From assembly GCA_964016885.1 (NCBI GenBank), contig OZ024740.1:407650001-407714000 (forward strand): a DNA stretch of 64,000 nucleotides. Direction: 5' to 3'. The stretch is from Eledone cirrhosa (taxonomy: Eukaryota). Numbering within the stretch: the stretch's first letter is position 1; each line of letters starts with the position of its first letter. The translations under genes and the position numbers were made by a program. Shown here in pieces: positions 50,911 to 64,000 of the stretch. The notes beneath the pieces were generated by a model. The model was not told the DNA's origin and made no database searches. It saw only the letters and a list, made by a program, of their open reading frames with translations.

Positions 50911-51210
50911 CCCTCTTCCTGCTATATCAAGCATTAACCTAATATATCCCTTCCATATACTGTACCGATTGTGTTGCTATTTCTGTTTAACTTTTACACA
51001 CACACACACACACACACGTGTGTGTGTGTGTGTGTGTGTATATTATTTATGCATGTATACATATATATATGCGAGAAGTGTGGGTATGTGTATATTATAT
51101 ATTATATTCACACATCACATATAAAATTAGTGGTGCATTTGTGTTTTCATAGTTTATCCTCATGACATCTTTTAAATCAGTAGATGAGAGCTTGAGGAAG
51201 AGAAGCATTT

Positions 51211-54200
51211 AGAAAGAGAAAGAAAAGTTGCTGCCAAATAGGCAGTGATATTTAATAATTGTGAGAGAAGGGAAAGGGGAAGAAAGAGTAAGAAAAGTTG
51301 CTGCCAAATAGGCAGTGATATTTAATAATTGTGAGAGAAGGGAAAGGGGAAGAAAGAGTAAGAAAAGTTGCTGCCAAATAGGCAGTGATATTTAATAATT
51401 GTGAGAGAAGGGAAATAGGGAAGAAAGAGTAAGAAAAGTTGCTGCCAAATACGCAGTGATATTTAATAATTGTGAGAGAAGGGAAAGGGGAAGAAAGAGT
51501 AAGAAAAGTTGCTGCCAAATAGGCAGTGATATTTAATAATTGTGAGAGAAGGGAAAGGGGAAGAAAGAGTAAGAAAAGTTGCTGCCAAATAGGCAGTGAT
51601 ATTTAATAATTGTGAGAGAAGGGAAAGGGGAAGAAAGAGTAAGAAAAGTTGCTGCCAAATAGGCAGTGATATTTAATAATTGTGAGAGAAGGGAAATAGG
51701 GAAGAAAGAGTAAGAAAAGTTGCTGCCAAATACGCAGTGATATTTAATAATTGTGAGAGAAGGGAAAGGGGAAGAAAGAGTAAGAAAAGTTGCTGCCAAA
51801 TAGGCAGTGATATTTAATAATTGTGAGAGAAGGGAAAGGGGAAGAAAGAGTAAGAAAAGTTGCTGCCAAATAGGCAGTGATATTTAATAATTGTGAGAGA
51901 AGGGAAATAGGGAAGAAAGAGTAAGAAAAGTTGCTGCCAAATACGCAGTGATATTTAATAATTGTGAGAGAAGGGAAAGGGGAAGAAAGAGTAAGAAAAG
52001 TTGCTGCCAAATAGGCAGTGATATTTAATAATTGTGAGAGAAGGGAAAGGGGAAGAAAGAGTAAGAAAAGTTGCTGCCAAATAGGCAGTGATATTTAATA
52101 ATTGTGAGAGAAGGGAAATAGGGAAGAAAGAGTAAGAAAAGTTGCTGCCAAATACGCAGTGATATTTAATAATTGTGAGAGAAGGGAAAGGGGAAGAAAG
52201 AGTAAGAAAAGTTGCTGCCAAATAGGCAGTGATATTTAATAATTGTGAGAGAAGGGAAAGGGGAAGAAAGAGTAAGAAAAGTTGCTGCCAAATAGGCAGT
52301 GATATTTAATAATTGTGAGAGAAGGGAAATAGGGAAGAAAGAGTAAGAAAAGTTGCTGCCAAATACGCAGTGATATTTAATAATTGTGAGAGAAGGGAAA
52401 GGGGAAGAAAGAGTAAGAAAAGTTGCTGCCAAATAGGCAGTGATATTTAATAATTGTGAGAGAAGGGAAAGGGGAAGAAAGAGTAAGAAAAGTTGCTGCC
52501 AAATAGGCAGTGATATTTAATAATTGTGAGAGAAGGGAAAGGGGAAGAAAGAGTAAGAAAAGTTGCTGCCAAATAGGCAGTGATATTTAATAATTGTGAG
52601 AGAAGGGAAAGGGGAAGAAAGAGTAAGAAAAGTTGCTGCCAAATAGGCAGTGATATTTAATAATTGTGAGAGAAGGGAAAGGGGAAGAAAGAGTAAGAAA
52701 AGTTGCTGCCAAATAGGCAGTGATATTTAATAATTGTGAGAGAAGGGAAAGGGGAAGAAAGAGTAAGAAAAGTTGCTGCCAAATAGGCAGTAATATTTAA
52801 TAATTGTGAGAGAAGGGAAAGGGGAAGAAAGAGTAAGAAAAGTTGCTGCCAAATAGGCAGTAATATTTAATAATTGTGAGAGAAGGGAAAGGGGAAGAAA
52901 GAGTAAGAAAAGTTGCTGCCAAATAGGCAGTGATATTTAATAATTGTGAGAGAAGGGAAAGGGGAAGAAAGAGTAAGAAAAGTTGCTGCCAAATAGGCAG
53001 TAATATTTAATAATTGTGAGAGAAGGGAAAGGGGAAGAAAGAGTAAGAAAAGTTGCTGCCAAATAGGCAGTAATATTTAATAATTGTGAGAGAAGGGAAA
53101 GGGGAAGAAAGAGTAAGAAAAGTTGCTGCCAAATAGGCAGTAATATTTAATAATTGTGAGAGAAGGGAAAGGGGAAGAAAGAGTAAGAAAAGTTGCTGCC
53201 AAATAGGCAGTGATATTTAATAATTGTGAGAGAAGGGAAGGGGGAAGAAAGAGTAAGAAAAGTTGCTGCCAAATAGGCAGTGATATTTAATAATTGTGAG
53301 AGAAGGGAAAGGGGAAGAAAGAGTAAGAAAAGTTGCTGCCAAATAGGCAGTGATATTTAATAATTGTGAGAGAAGGGAAAGGGGAAGAAAGAGTAAGAAA
53401 AGTTGCTGCCAAATAGGCAGTAATATTTAATAATTGTGAGAGAAGGGAAAGGGGAAGAAAGAGTAAGAAAAGTTGCTGCCAAATAGGCAGTGATATTTAA
53501 TAATTGTGAGAGAAGGGAAAGGGGAAGAAAGAGTAAGAAAAGTTGCTGCCAAATAGGCAGTGATATTTAATAATTGTGAGAGAAGGGAAAGGGGAAGAAA
53601 GAGTAAGAAAAGTTGCTGCCAAATAGGCAGTGATATTTAATAATTGTGAGAGAAGGGAAAGGGGAAGAAAGAGTAAGAAAAGTTGCTGCCAAATAGGCAG
53701 TGATATTTAATAATTGTGAGAGAAGGGAAAGGGGAAGAAAGAGTAAGAAAAGTTGCTGCCAAATAGGCAGTGATATTTAATAATTGTGAGAGAAGGGAAA
53801 GGGGAAGAAAGAGTAAGAAAAGTTGCTGCCAAATAGGCAGTAATATTTAATAATTGTGAGAGAAGGGAAAGGGGAAGAAAGAGTAAGAAAAGTTGCTGCC
53901 AAATAGGCAGTAATATTTAATAATTGTGAGAGAAGGGAAAGGGGAAGAAAGAGTAAGAAAAGTTGCTGCCAAATAGGCAGTGATATTTAATAATTGTGAG
54001 AGAAGGGAAAGGGGAAGAAAGAGTAAGAAAAGTTGCTGCCAAATAGGCAGTAATATTTAATAATTGTGAGAGAAGGGAAAGGGGAAGAAAGAGTAAGAAA
54101 AGTTGCTGCCAAATAGGCAGTGATATTTAATAATTGTGAGAGAAGGGAAAGGGGAAGAAAGAGTAAGAAAAGTTGCTGCCAAATAGGCAGTGATATTTAA

Positions 54201-54451
54201 TAATTATGAGAGAAGGGAAAGGGGAAGAAAGAGTAAGAAAAGTTGCTGCCAAATAGGCAGTAATATTTAATAATTGTGAGAGAAGGGAAAGGGGAAGAAA
54301 GAGTAAGAAAAGTTGCTGCCAAATAGGCAGTGATATTTAATAATTGTGAGAGAAGGGAAAGGGGAAGAAAGAGTAAGAAAAGTTGCTGCCAAATAGGCAG
54401 TGATATTTAATAATTATGAGAGAAGGGAAAGGGGAAGAAAGAGTAAGAAAA
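51211..54451. repeat. 70-bp tandem satellite, about 46 copies
   Basis: Unit agaaaagttgctgccaaataggcagtgatatttaataattgtgagagaagggaaaggggaagaaagagta; very homogeneous. Confidence 0.98.
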
Positions 54452-55114
54452 AGGCAACTAATGAAAGGAATAAAAGAACAGAAGCTGATTCTAAGAAAGT
54501 TAGTGGGTGACAATTTCTGGAAATTACTGACTATTCTTGTTCTCGATAGCAAAATTGACATGGTGGATTCATTTGTAATTCATTACAAAACACAGTAACA
54601 ATATGACTGCAGGGAGTTTGTTTCACTCAGCTTTAATTTGATATATGTTATAAAATAATATACATAAAAGGTGGTGCCTTATCATGGCCACTAGCCAGTG
54701 ACTGACAATAGTAAAGGAATAAAGAAATACATTACCAACAATAGCTAGCTACAAATACAACCGGATCTTATGTATGTAATATAGTGATTTGTAAAAATGT
54801 TGATTTACCAGGATTATCCATGCAATTAATAGACAAAAACTCTTATATCAACTAAATAGAATTTGCTTCACTGATGGGGGCTAATAAGACTGAAACATTC
54901 TTGCCGCTATTACCAGTTTGCTTTAAAAACCACATCCCCTCATATGTAACATTTTCTGTTAAGTGAAAATTGCTATTAACTGATCTTTTTTTGTGTCATT
55001 TCCTTTGATGTTGTTTTTAAATTTTTAGCACCCATAGGGGGAGTTATTTTCTACTAACTGCATAATCTCAGCTAATCAAAGTTTATCAACTCACTATATT
55101 ATTAAAGGAGTCTT

Positions 55115-56290
55115 CTCCTTCTTCACCCTCTTCCTAGTCTTACATGTCCATACCAATGCAATCTCTTCTCCTGCACACTGCATCTGATCCCTCTCATGTC
55201 CAATTTCTCCCTTAGTTCGTTTATGTTTTGCTGTTCATGTATATTACCATTACACATCCATCGAAGCATGCAAGCTTTATTTCTTTCCAATCTTAGTAGG
55301 TCCTCTGCCCAGGCCTGTCTACCATCCAGCGTATAATGCATCATACAAGCTGCCCTTCATTTTGAGAGAAAAATCTTTTGTAGCTAGTTGCAAGAAGTGG
55401 TCTACTGCTTCCACAGAACCCTCCAAGAATTTGATAGTGCTTGTTTCCTGTGGATGTTTGCACTTACTGCTCCCGTGGAATGGCCACATGTAAAACCTAC
55501 AATTCTAGCTAACCTACCTGATATCCCACTACATCTCTTGTGTACCCATAGTTCGCATTTGGGGTAGAGGATGGAATTTCTACCTATGCCTTTCCTACAC
55601 ACTGAGCATGGCCATTTCCCTGAGGGGATCTGGGTCCTGTTTTCCCTTCTACTTACTAGAAATTTGGTCTTTGTCAAGTTGACTTTTAAGACCCTTTGAT
55701 TCTAGGCCATGCTTCTGCTTTGGAATTTCTTCTCTAATTCTGTCATAGATTCAGCTATAAATGTTAGATCATCTGCATACAGGGGCTCCCATGGATAGCC
55801 AGTCTCCAACCCCTCTGCCTGCAGGACAATAATAAACAGGCTGAGAATAGAGCCCTGGTAGACACCTACCTGCATGTTAAATTCTTCACTACAGTTATTG
55901 TTAATCCTAACTTTGCTGACTGCTCCTCTATATATGGTTTGCACAACCTTCACAAGCCACTCATCTACTCCTAGTTTTCTTAGAGCCCACAAGATTATGG
56001 CATGGGGGACTTTGTCAAAAGCTTTCTCCAGATCATATAATACCAAGTAGGGCAGCTTACTCTTAGCAAAGTATTTCTCCTGTAGCTGCTTCACAAAGTA
56101 GAGGGCATCAGTGGTACTTTTACCTGGCACAAATCCAAAGTGCATCTTATCTAGGTTAACCAGGTCTCTAATCAGCTGTGCTATAACTCTTTCTGTTACC
56201 TTCACGACCTAGTCCTTCAACTTGATGCTTCTGTGGTTTCTCTGTCTAGTGCATCTCCTTTACCCTTGTAACAATTGACTATGTCAATAC
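55115..56290 (-). mobile_element. Older, degenerate RTE LINE fragment
   Basis: MHFGFVPGKSTTDA, DLEKAFDKVP, GVYQGSIL, LYADD, WPCSVC..WVHKRC, EKRLHWYGHV in broken frames. Confidence 0.9.
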
Positions 56291-56954
56291 TACAATAAAG
56301 ATATAACCTAGAGAAATCCAGGAACTTATTTGATTTGCAGTGTTTCAATGAAAAAGAGAACTTCTGACAGGAGAAAACATAGGAGAGTTCTGAGTTTTAG
56401 GGGAAGGTAATTTACAGTGAAGTAAGAATACAGAGAAGTTATCATATAAAGAGGGGTAACTGTCAAAAGGGGATAATTCTATGACAGCTGATAGATTAAA
56501 AAAATTAATTAAAGAGATTAAAGAGACTTCAGGCAGGCCATCTCTTCAAAAAGTAATTTGAAATATGAGGATAGCAATTAAAAAAATCCAGGTGATTGGT
56601 TAGAGACCTTTCGTTGGTGAAAAAGTTTTGACGATAAACCACCTTTTGTCTGTGGATAAAATGCAGATTTTTTATCTGTTTATATAGGGTCTAGATTTTT
56701 CGAGTAAGACACTCTTCAACTGTACTGCCAGACATCCTTCCATCACTCTTTCTCTCCAAGACCAAATCTATGGCCAAACACTTACTCTGTCCTCCACTCA
56801 CACATCTGAATTTATCCCTGAATTCCAACCGTCTCATCCAACTAAGCCAACATAGAAACCCGGGTGCACTCCACAATTCAACCAAACCTCACTCCCTACC
56901 ACTGCCATCTCAGCCTGGCCCAAGATACAAATGCCCTAAATTTGAAATGTGATA

Positions 56955-57338
56955 GCACTGGTGCCACAATAAAATGCACTTAGCTCCCACTGTATAGTAG
57001 AAGCATTGATGTCATGAGAAAATTCACCCAGCCCACTTGTTAAAGTAATAGTACTGGTGCAATGATAAAAGGTACCCAGCCCAAACTATAAAGTGGTAGT
57101 GCTGGTGCCAGGAAAAAAGCACCTAGTCCTCCCTATCAGGTGGTAGTAGTGGTGCCATGATAAAACACTGAGTGCATGTTGTGAGATGGTTGGCATTAGG
57201 AAGGGCATTCAGCCATAGAAACTATGCCAGAATGGAATGTAGGAGACACAGTCACCAGACCCGTCTAACATCAGAATATGACAACCCATCTAACCCATGC
57301 AAGCATGGAAAATAGACGTAAAACAATGATGATGATGT
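56955..57338 (+). mobile_element. RTE-type 3' UTR with internal ~45-bp repeats
   Basis: Repeated gtagtgctggtgcca..aaaagcacc units, then ggttggcattaggaagggcattcagcc and cccatgcaagcatggaa..(GAT)n. Confidence 0.65.
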
Positions 57339-57368
57339 TTGCACATGTAGAGGTATATATATATATAT

Positions 57369-57420
<52 letters not shown>

Positions 57421-58594
57421 ATGTGTGTGTGTGTGTGTGTGATTGCTCATCAGTGACTCCTACAAACATTTGGATCATGGTGATACATATGAAGACTTTG
57501 CTTTCATATATATATTCAGTGAAAGTAATCTCTCTTGATTCTATACAAGCCAGAAGAGTCAAACTTAACATCGTAAACTAACAAAGCACCATTAGAAATA
57601 TAAAATGAAGAATTTGGGGACAAAAACCCACTAAATTCCCCTATTTCTATATATGTTGATCACTCTCAATCTTTTCACCTGAGTAAACTATACTTTGCTG
57701 AGGTGGATGAACACTTTTGTGACCATTTCAATTAATTAGTAAAGAATTTTAAAGGATTTATTAAATTTATTAATTATTAAGATAGTAACTTAAAATATAG
57801 CTCTTATATAAAATTATGTCGAAAGCTTTTAATTTCTATAGGAACCCTTTAAAATGGATTGTTTTGTTTCATAGAATCAGAGCTGGTTTTGGCCAGATTG
57901 GTAATGAAAGTGTTAATAATACCAAAACGTATCAATTGCTTTCACCAGTAAGCTTCAAAGACTAGATCCACTCCACTTGGTATTCTATATATTATCTAAA
58001 ACTTTAAATCAACTGTTGTTATTGGAGTTATTTCCTTTATTTGCTGTTTTATAGAACTTAGAGGGAGTTTTTATTTATTAATTGCTTGGATATTTTCAGT
58101 TGATTATATTACATGTCAGATCTTACCATATTGGAATTTACTATGTAGAACAATCTCCTGAGATATTTCCCAGACACCCAATATAGTTATAATATTATTT
58201 TAATGAAAAATACTAAATAAAATTCATAAAATTATAATGTAAAAAACTATTTTAAGATGGTTTCCCCACTTTAGAATGACGTAAGAAAATTAAAACTGGG
58301 TTATGGAATGGTTCTCCAAGAACATTTCCGTGAATTTCACATACACACAAATGTTGCTTCAAGCAATGAATCCTGAAGTAGCTATTCATTGCTAAGGTTT
58401 TATTATTGTATGGCATGATTACCATGTCTCGCATATAAATTAGATTTCCAAATGAAATTTATTTCATGTCTGGCTGAAGGTTGATTAAATTCAAAGACAT
58501 TTTGGAATCATTTAAACTATAAATTACCAACATTTTTTGGAATAAACACAAAATAATGATAAAAAGATATATATTTACAGAAATATAAACTTAC

Positions 58595-58674
58595 TTGATC
58601 TCTGATTCTTTATAAAATAAAGTTGTAATCGTTCCTTAAAAGACTTTTCATTTGTGAAAAATTCTACTCTAACC
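58595..58674 (-). CDS. KCNT1: Internal coding exon of a Slo2/KCNT-family sodium-activated potassium channel (N-terminal segment before S1)
   Basis: Reverse complement reads polypyrimidine-ttag | G GTT AGA ... AGA TCA A | gtaagt and encodes [26 protein letters not shown]. This matches KCNT1/2 [27 protein letters not shown] (recalled). 80 nt; phase joins the next exon (A+GT=Ser). Symbol denotes the family; an invertebrate orthologue cannot be assigned to KCNT1 versus KCNT2. Confidence 0.93.
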
Positions 58675-60125
58675 CTAAAAAGAAAAAAAACATTTTATTA
58701 GAGAAAAATAAAATATTCAAATAAAGTGGAATAAAATTCTAATAGAAAATTTGTAATAATAAATATGTAATACAAACATATAAAGTGAATTTACTGAAAT
58801 AATAGATAACACGAAAAGTATATTCAGATAAAAAAAAAAGGTAAAAGGTATTTTATAGATAAATAAACCTAGTGTATAAAAATTAATCATTGGAAAATTT
58901 TTTTCAAAATAAAATGTTTAATATTTTATAAAATTAATTTCTTTTGATTCAGAAGAAAACAAATTTTTGATGGGAAGAGCACAGTCAATTAAATTGATCT
59001 CAGTATATTGATGCTGGAGGTATACAATCTAAAATGGTTCCCATTGGGATATGATCTAAAAGCAGTGAAGCAATAAATAATATACTGAAAAGCATCCTGT
59101 CCAGCATTCTACTATCTAATCCATTTTTGTTCTTTCTACCTATTATTGTAAAAGTGAAATAACCAGGTGGATTAGGTTTCCAACCCTTGCTCAGAGACGA
59201 TAAATTCAAATCTGTTGAAAATATTTGTTGTCATTCATCTAGCCATTGGGAACAGACACCTGATCATCTATGACTGATTTTTTTTCCTGTTTATTGCTAT
59301 GAAACTAGAGCTGAGCACTATCGCTACAGTGTTAGGAAACATTGAAATTTTATTACATTCATAGCAATATCACGGGTTTTTTTTTTTTTTTCAGTCATGA
59401 GTTATTTATGTTCTATATATGACTATATATAAAATATGTGTAATGCCAACACACAATATTGTTTTACACAGGCACATGTGTGTAGGGAACAAGTAAAGTT
59501 GATTGAATAAAAAACCAGTAAATGATTGTTATTTGTTGGCCCTGGATGTTGATGCAGCATGGCTGAATGGTTAAGGAGTTTGCTTCAGAAATCATTATGT
59601 CCTGGGTTCAATCCCACTGTATGGCATCTTAGGTAAGTGTCATTAAGTGTCTTGGATCAACTCCTGCTTTGTAAAAGAAACTTGGGAGACAGAAACTGTT
59701 TGGAAGCCCAGTAGATGTACCTGTTAATCATGCTGAATCCCCCTTGGGAATTACATTAAGGCTACACGTGTCTGTGGAATACTCAATTATATTAATTTCT
59801 TGAGTAGGCTGTTTTGTTGATCAAACAACTAGAATACTCAGCATTGAAACTGATGGAGATGCATTCCATTGAAACCAGATAGACTTGAACAGTATTGATC
59901 CAGTGCTCTGATATTGTTATTAAAACACAAGCCCGAATGTTGTTTTTGCCAATAAGCAATAAAAAAAAAAGTTACCGTTTTAATTTGTAAATAGCTAACC
60001 AGAAGATACTGCAAATATCGTTGGTTCCTAATGCAAATTAAAAAAATGTTTAATTTAAATGTTTTTGTAGGTATTTGAATGGCTTATAAATTAAGAAAAA
60101 TATTCAAATCAAATTAAATCCTATA

Positions 60126-60489
60126 TAGTGGTTAGAGCATTGGGCTTGCAATCGAAAGGTTGTGAGTTCAATTGTCGGACCAGGTGATGTGTTGTTTCCT
60201 TGAGCAAGACACTTTATTTCACATTGCTCCAGTTTACTCACTAAAAATGAGATGATAGGACTGGGCTCCCTATCATTCCACTGTAAAGTGGACGTGTAGG
60301 CGCCATGGAAAAAAAAGCACCCAGCACTCAGGGCATCCAGCTGTAGAAATCAAGCCAGAATCAGTTCCCATATGAGCAAGACAAGGTCAGCCGACCGGAC
60401 ACTGCCCACACCAGGACAACCCGTTTAACCCATGCTAGCGTGGAAGAACAGACGTAAAATGGTGATGATGATGATGATGATGATGATGA
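60126..60489 (+). mobile_element. CORE-like SINE
   Basis: Colinear with 22957-23364; slightly 5'-clipped, small internal deletion, (GAT)n tail. Confidence 0.85.
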
Positions 60490-61499
60490 TATTAATCAAG
60501 GTGAATAATAATTTTAAATTATGATGTATAACACATAAAAATCCATACACAAACACACACACACAGATATGGTTGCATGAGTAAGAACATTCCTTCACAA
60601 CCATGTGGTTCTAGGTTCCATTCCATTGCACAGCACTTTGGGCAAGTGTCTTCTATAACTTGAAGTTGATCTATATCATTTGAGTGTAGAATTTCGTAAA
60701 TGGAAACTAACATCTATGACTATCTATCTAACCTATTTCCTTATGAGAATGAATCAATCTGGCTTGTTTTTTCACTAGACTGGTGAGTAATCGAGTGGGT
60801 GGTTGGGTTTTTGAAGTTGGTATTGCAAATGGTTTGGCCATTTGCATAATAAAACTATAAAATTCTTGATCCCTCTTCATTTCTCAAGCTGTGCCCATAG
60901 CCACCATGTATTCCATAGTAGCTATTTTTGTGTAGCCAAAGTCACCAGGCTTTATAAAGGTATTGTCACTCATGAGTTGGCCTTCAAAAGGTCTTCATAG
61001 AACTGATCCTTTTGATCATTGGTCATTCTTGTGGTGCATAAGTAGGGATGATATTTACAATTGCATTACATATGATTAGCCTAAATTTCAAAATACTTTC
61101 ATATACTCAATCTCCATCTGTCCACCACTCAGCTTACATTATGCCTACTTCACCTATTCATTCAAGTAGAGTTTGTAAAGGTATTCTTTTATTGTAAGAA
61201 ATTTGGCTTTGGCACCTCTCCATCTCACCTCATGCACAGGTTACATCTACTTGTTTCCTCTTCAGCATCTCAACAATGTCATTTACTCTGTCTTTCATTG
61301 AGCCAACATTGATTGTAGCAGCTTTGAAATTTGTTATCTGACACACACATACACACGCATAAATATATTTATTATTTTTGCAGATTAAAGTTTGAGCAAA
61401 GAATTGCTGCGTTCACCCTTTCACAGGATATATATATATAATCCTTATTGAGCCCTCTTCAGATTTTAGTTTTCATAATCATTATTACTATATTTATAT

Positions 61500-62243
61500 A
61501 TCATCATCATCATCATCATCATCACCGTTTTACGTCCGTTCTTCCACGCTAGCATGGGTTAGACGGGTTGTCCTGTTGTGGGCAGTGTCTGGTCGGCTGA
61601 CCATGCCTTGCTCATACAGGAACTGATCTGGCTTGATTTCTACAGCTGGATGCCCTTCCTAACACCAACCTCATTTACAGTGAGTGCTGGGTGCTTTTTC
61701 GTGGCGCCTACACGTCCACTTTACAGTGTGGGCTGGGTGCTTTTTTGCCGTGGCACCTCCACGACCACCTTGCGGTGGGGGGGGGGGGGGCATATTGTTT
61801 ATATGCTTCAGCATGTACCCATGGGAGGTCGGGTACCCTGTATTACTGCGTGACGCCAGAAGTCACGGTCGTGTGTCATTGACTTTGAGAGGTGTAGTTG
61901 GGTAAGGTCGGCTTTTATCACCTCATCCCAAGTCATCTTGGGTCTCCCCACTCCGCGGTTTCCATCAACTTCTAGTGCTCTGCACCTTTTTATGCAGCTG
62001 TCATCCTTCATACGCATCACATGTCCATACCAGCGTAACCGCCTCTCCTGCACGCAGCATTTGATTCCTCTTATGCTCAGTCTCTCTCTCAATTCCTTTA
62101 TGCTTTGTCGTTCACGTATATTACTGTTACACATCCATCGGAGCATGCAGGCTTCATTTCTCTCTAATCTACGTAAGTCTTCCACCTTCAGCGCCCAGGT
62201 CTCACTACCATGCAACATCGCTGTTCGGATACACGCATCATAT
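61500..62243 (-). mobile_element. 5'-truncated RTE LINE of a second family (SINE partner)
   Basis: ORF end YDACIRTAMLHGSETW...GRPKMTWDEVI...PPMGTC*, followed by a 3' UTR matching the CORE-like SINE tail and (GAT)n. Confidence 0.9.
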
Positions 62244-62569
62244 ATATGCATGTATGTGTGTGGGTATATATGCTTTGGTACTCAATACCATAGTAGAGAT
62301 GATTATTGTCTTTACTAAGACCAAATTTGAGTTATATTACTCTGGAGTTTCTCTTGTGTACTGACAGGCTCATCAGACAATCTCTCTCCATACATATAAA
62401 CAAACATGCAACATAGATATAAAACAAATAGTAAATACACTGCTAGTAATCTTACCAGTCACATAATGACACCCCTACAGAAACTCTGTAGACAACACCA
62501 AAGTTATGCTATGAGAAATTTAATGAAGAGCATATATGTTCTTTTAAGATGATGATGATGATGATGATA

Positions 62570-62790
62570 GTAATAATGGTTTCTGATTTAGGAACATGGC
62601 CAACAATTTTGGGGGGAGGGGAAAGTCGATTAAATCAACCCCAGTACATTACTGGTGCTTTATTTTATCGACCCTGTAAGGATGAAAGGCAAAGCAGACC
62701 TTGGCGGGATTTGAACTCAGAACACAAAGGGACGTAACTATGCTAGAAAGAATGGTGTCCGACCCTCTACTGATACTGCCAATCCACCGC
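62570..62790 (-). mobile_element. Second-family tRNA-derived SINE
   Basis: Same core as 45728-45892. Confidence 0.75.
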
Positions 62791-62825
62791 CCTGCTGACA
62801 ATAGCAATAATGATACTCATGCTGC

Positions 62826-64000
62826 CGGACGAGAATGCAAGGAGTCCTCTTCTTTATTTCGGCCGCCGATGGCTAATATAACCCCCCCCCCCCCCCCCCC
62901 CCCCTGCGCCCCACCGTTCCCACCCTCCAAACGCAATCCAAAACTTCAGAGTTGGTACCATGAATGTAGGCACCTTAAAAGGTCGCTCTAATGAGGGTTG
63001 TAGAAATGCTTGAACGTAAGGAGGTCGATGTTTGCTGTATTCAAGAGACCAGGTGGAGGGGTCGATCTGCTAGATTCATGGTGGGTAAAGAACGATGCTA
63101 TAAGCTTTTCTGGGTGGGAAATGACAATGGGCTGGGTGGAGTAGGAATCATGGTAGCAGAAAAGTGGGCAGATAAGATAATAGACATAAATAGAGTGAAC
63201 GACAGAATAATTAAAATAAGACTTGTCCTCAATAGAACTACAGTGACAGTAATATCTGCGTACGCACCCCAATCCGGTCTGCCTGGAGTTATAAAAGACA
63301 GATTCTATGAGTCGTTAATGCTCACTACCTCCCAAATAACCGACAGTGACTACATAATTATCACTGGCGACCTAAATGGTCACGTTGGACAACATTGTGA
63401 CGGCTATGATGGAATCCATGGAGGCTATGGGTTTGGTACTAGAAATGAGGAAGGCTCCAGAATCCTGGAATTCTGTGACACAAATAACCTAACTATCTGT
63501 AACACTAACTTCAAAAAACGAGACAATCACTTGATTACCTATAGATCGGGGGAACACACAAGCCAGGTAGATTATATCCTTACCAGGAGACGTGACAGAG
63601 TGTCTGTTGTAAACACTAAATCCCTCCCCCATGAAGAATGCACCTCTCAACATAGACTCATAATTAGCGACCTCATAGTCAGGACGAGACGTACTCGACA
63701 ACAGAAGAGGACTATCCTCAGGAGAAAAATATGGAAGCTAAAGGACCCCCACAGACAGTAATAAATTTAAAAGCATATTACTTGATGCTTTTGATAGTAA
63801 GGAAAAGCAATTAGAGTCGTACAATATAGAGAAACAGTGGGAATTCCTGAAAGCTAACCTGCTGAAGGCGACAGATGAAATCTGTGGCTGGAGCAGGCCT
63901 ATATGCAGGAGGAGAGTAACTTGGTGGTGGAACAGTAAGGTGGAGGATTCAATCAAGGCCAAAAAGCAGGCTTGGAAAGCATGGCGGGATGGGGGAAGTA
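62826..64000 (+). mobile_element. RTE LINE 5' ORF region (APE endonuclease), frameshifted, runs off the window
   Basis: Colinear with 30870-32030 (CIQETRW, SAYAPQ, GDLNGHVG, QVDYIL); frameshifts near 62990 and 63750. Confidence 0.93.

Noticed and set aside
51211-54451. CRISPR-like array or repeated 88-aa ORFs
   Set aside because: Units are contiguous and near-identical with no unique spacers and no cas genes. It is a eukaryotic satellite and the ORFs are by-products.
54865-54905. Hammerhead-like ctgatggggg...tgaaacatt
   Set aside because: Core is CUGAUGG, and stems I and II do not pair convincingly.

Overview
AT-rich, microsatellite-dense eukaryotic DNA, most consistent with a coleoid cephalopod (octopus). 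That assignment is inferred from the repeat families and (TA)n/(CA)n density, not from a search. Two clear coding exons (58595-58674, 44743-44836) and one probable exon (14641-14715) of a minus-strand Slo2/KCNT sodium-activated K+ channel gene are separated by introns of about 13.8 kb and 30 kb. The rest is transposable-element debris. It includes one apparently intact 1076-aa RTE-clade LINE with a PHD-type Cys4-His-Cys3 finger inside its RT region, many truncated RTE copies, a CR1-group LINE, a DD37D (maT-like) Tc1/mariner transposon, two tRNA-derived SINE families (one CORE-like, with its partner LINE present) and a 70-bp satellite. Several Penelope-like elements (PLEs) are also present. Two PLEs, and two smaller elements of probable PLE origin, form tail-outward foldback insertions at (TA)n tracts. 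PLE 3' ends carry type I hammerhead ribozymes: eight recognisable motifs from four sequence families, one family with covarying stems. Most ORFs in the supplied track are microsatellite or antisense artefacts.
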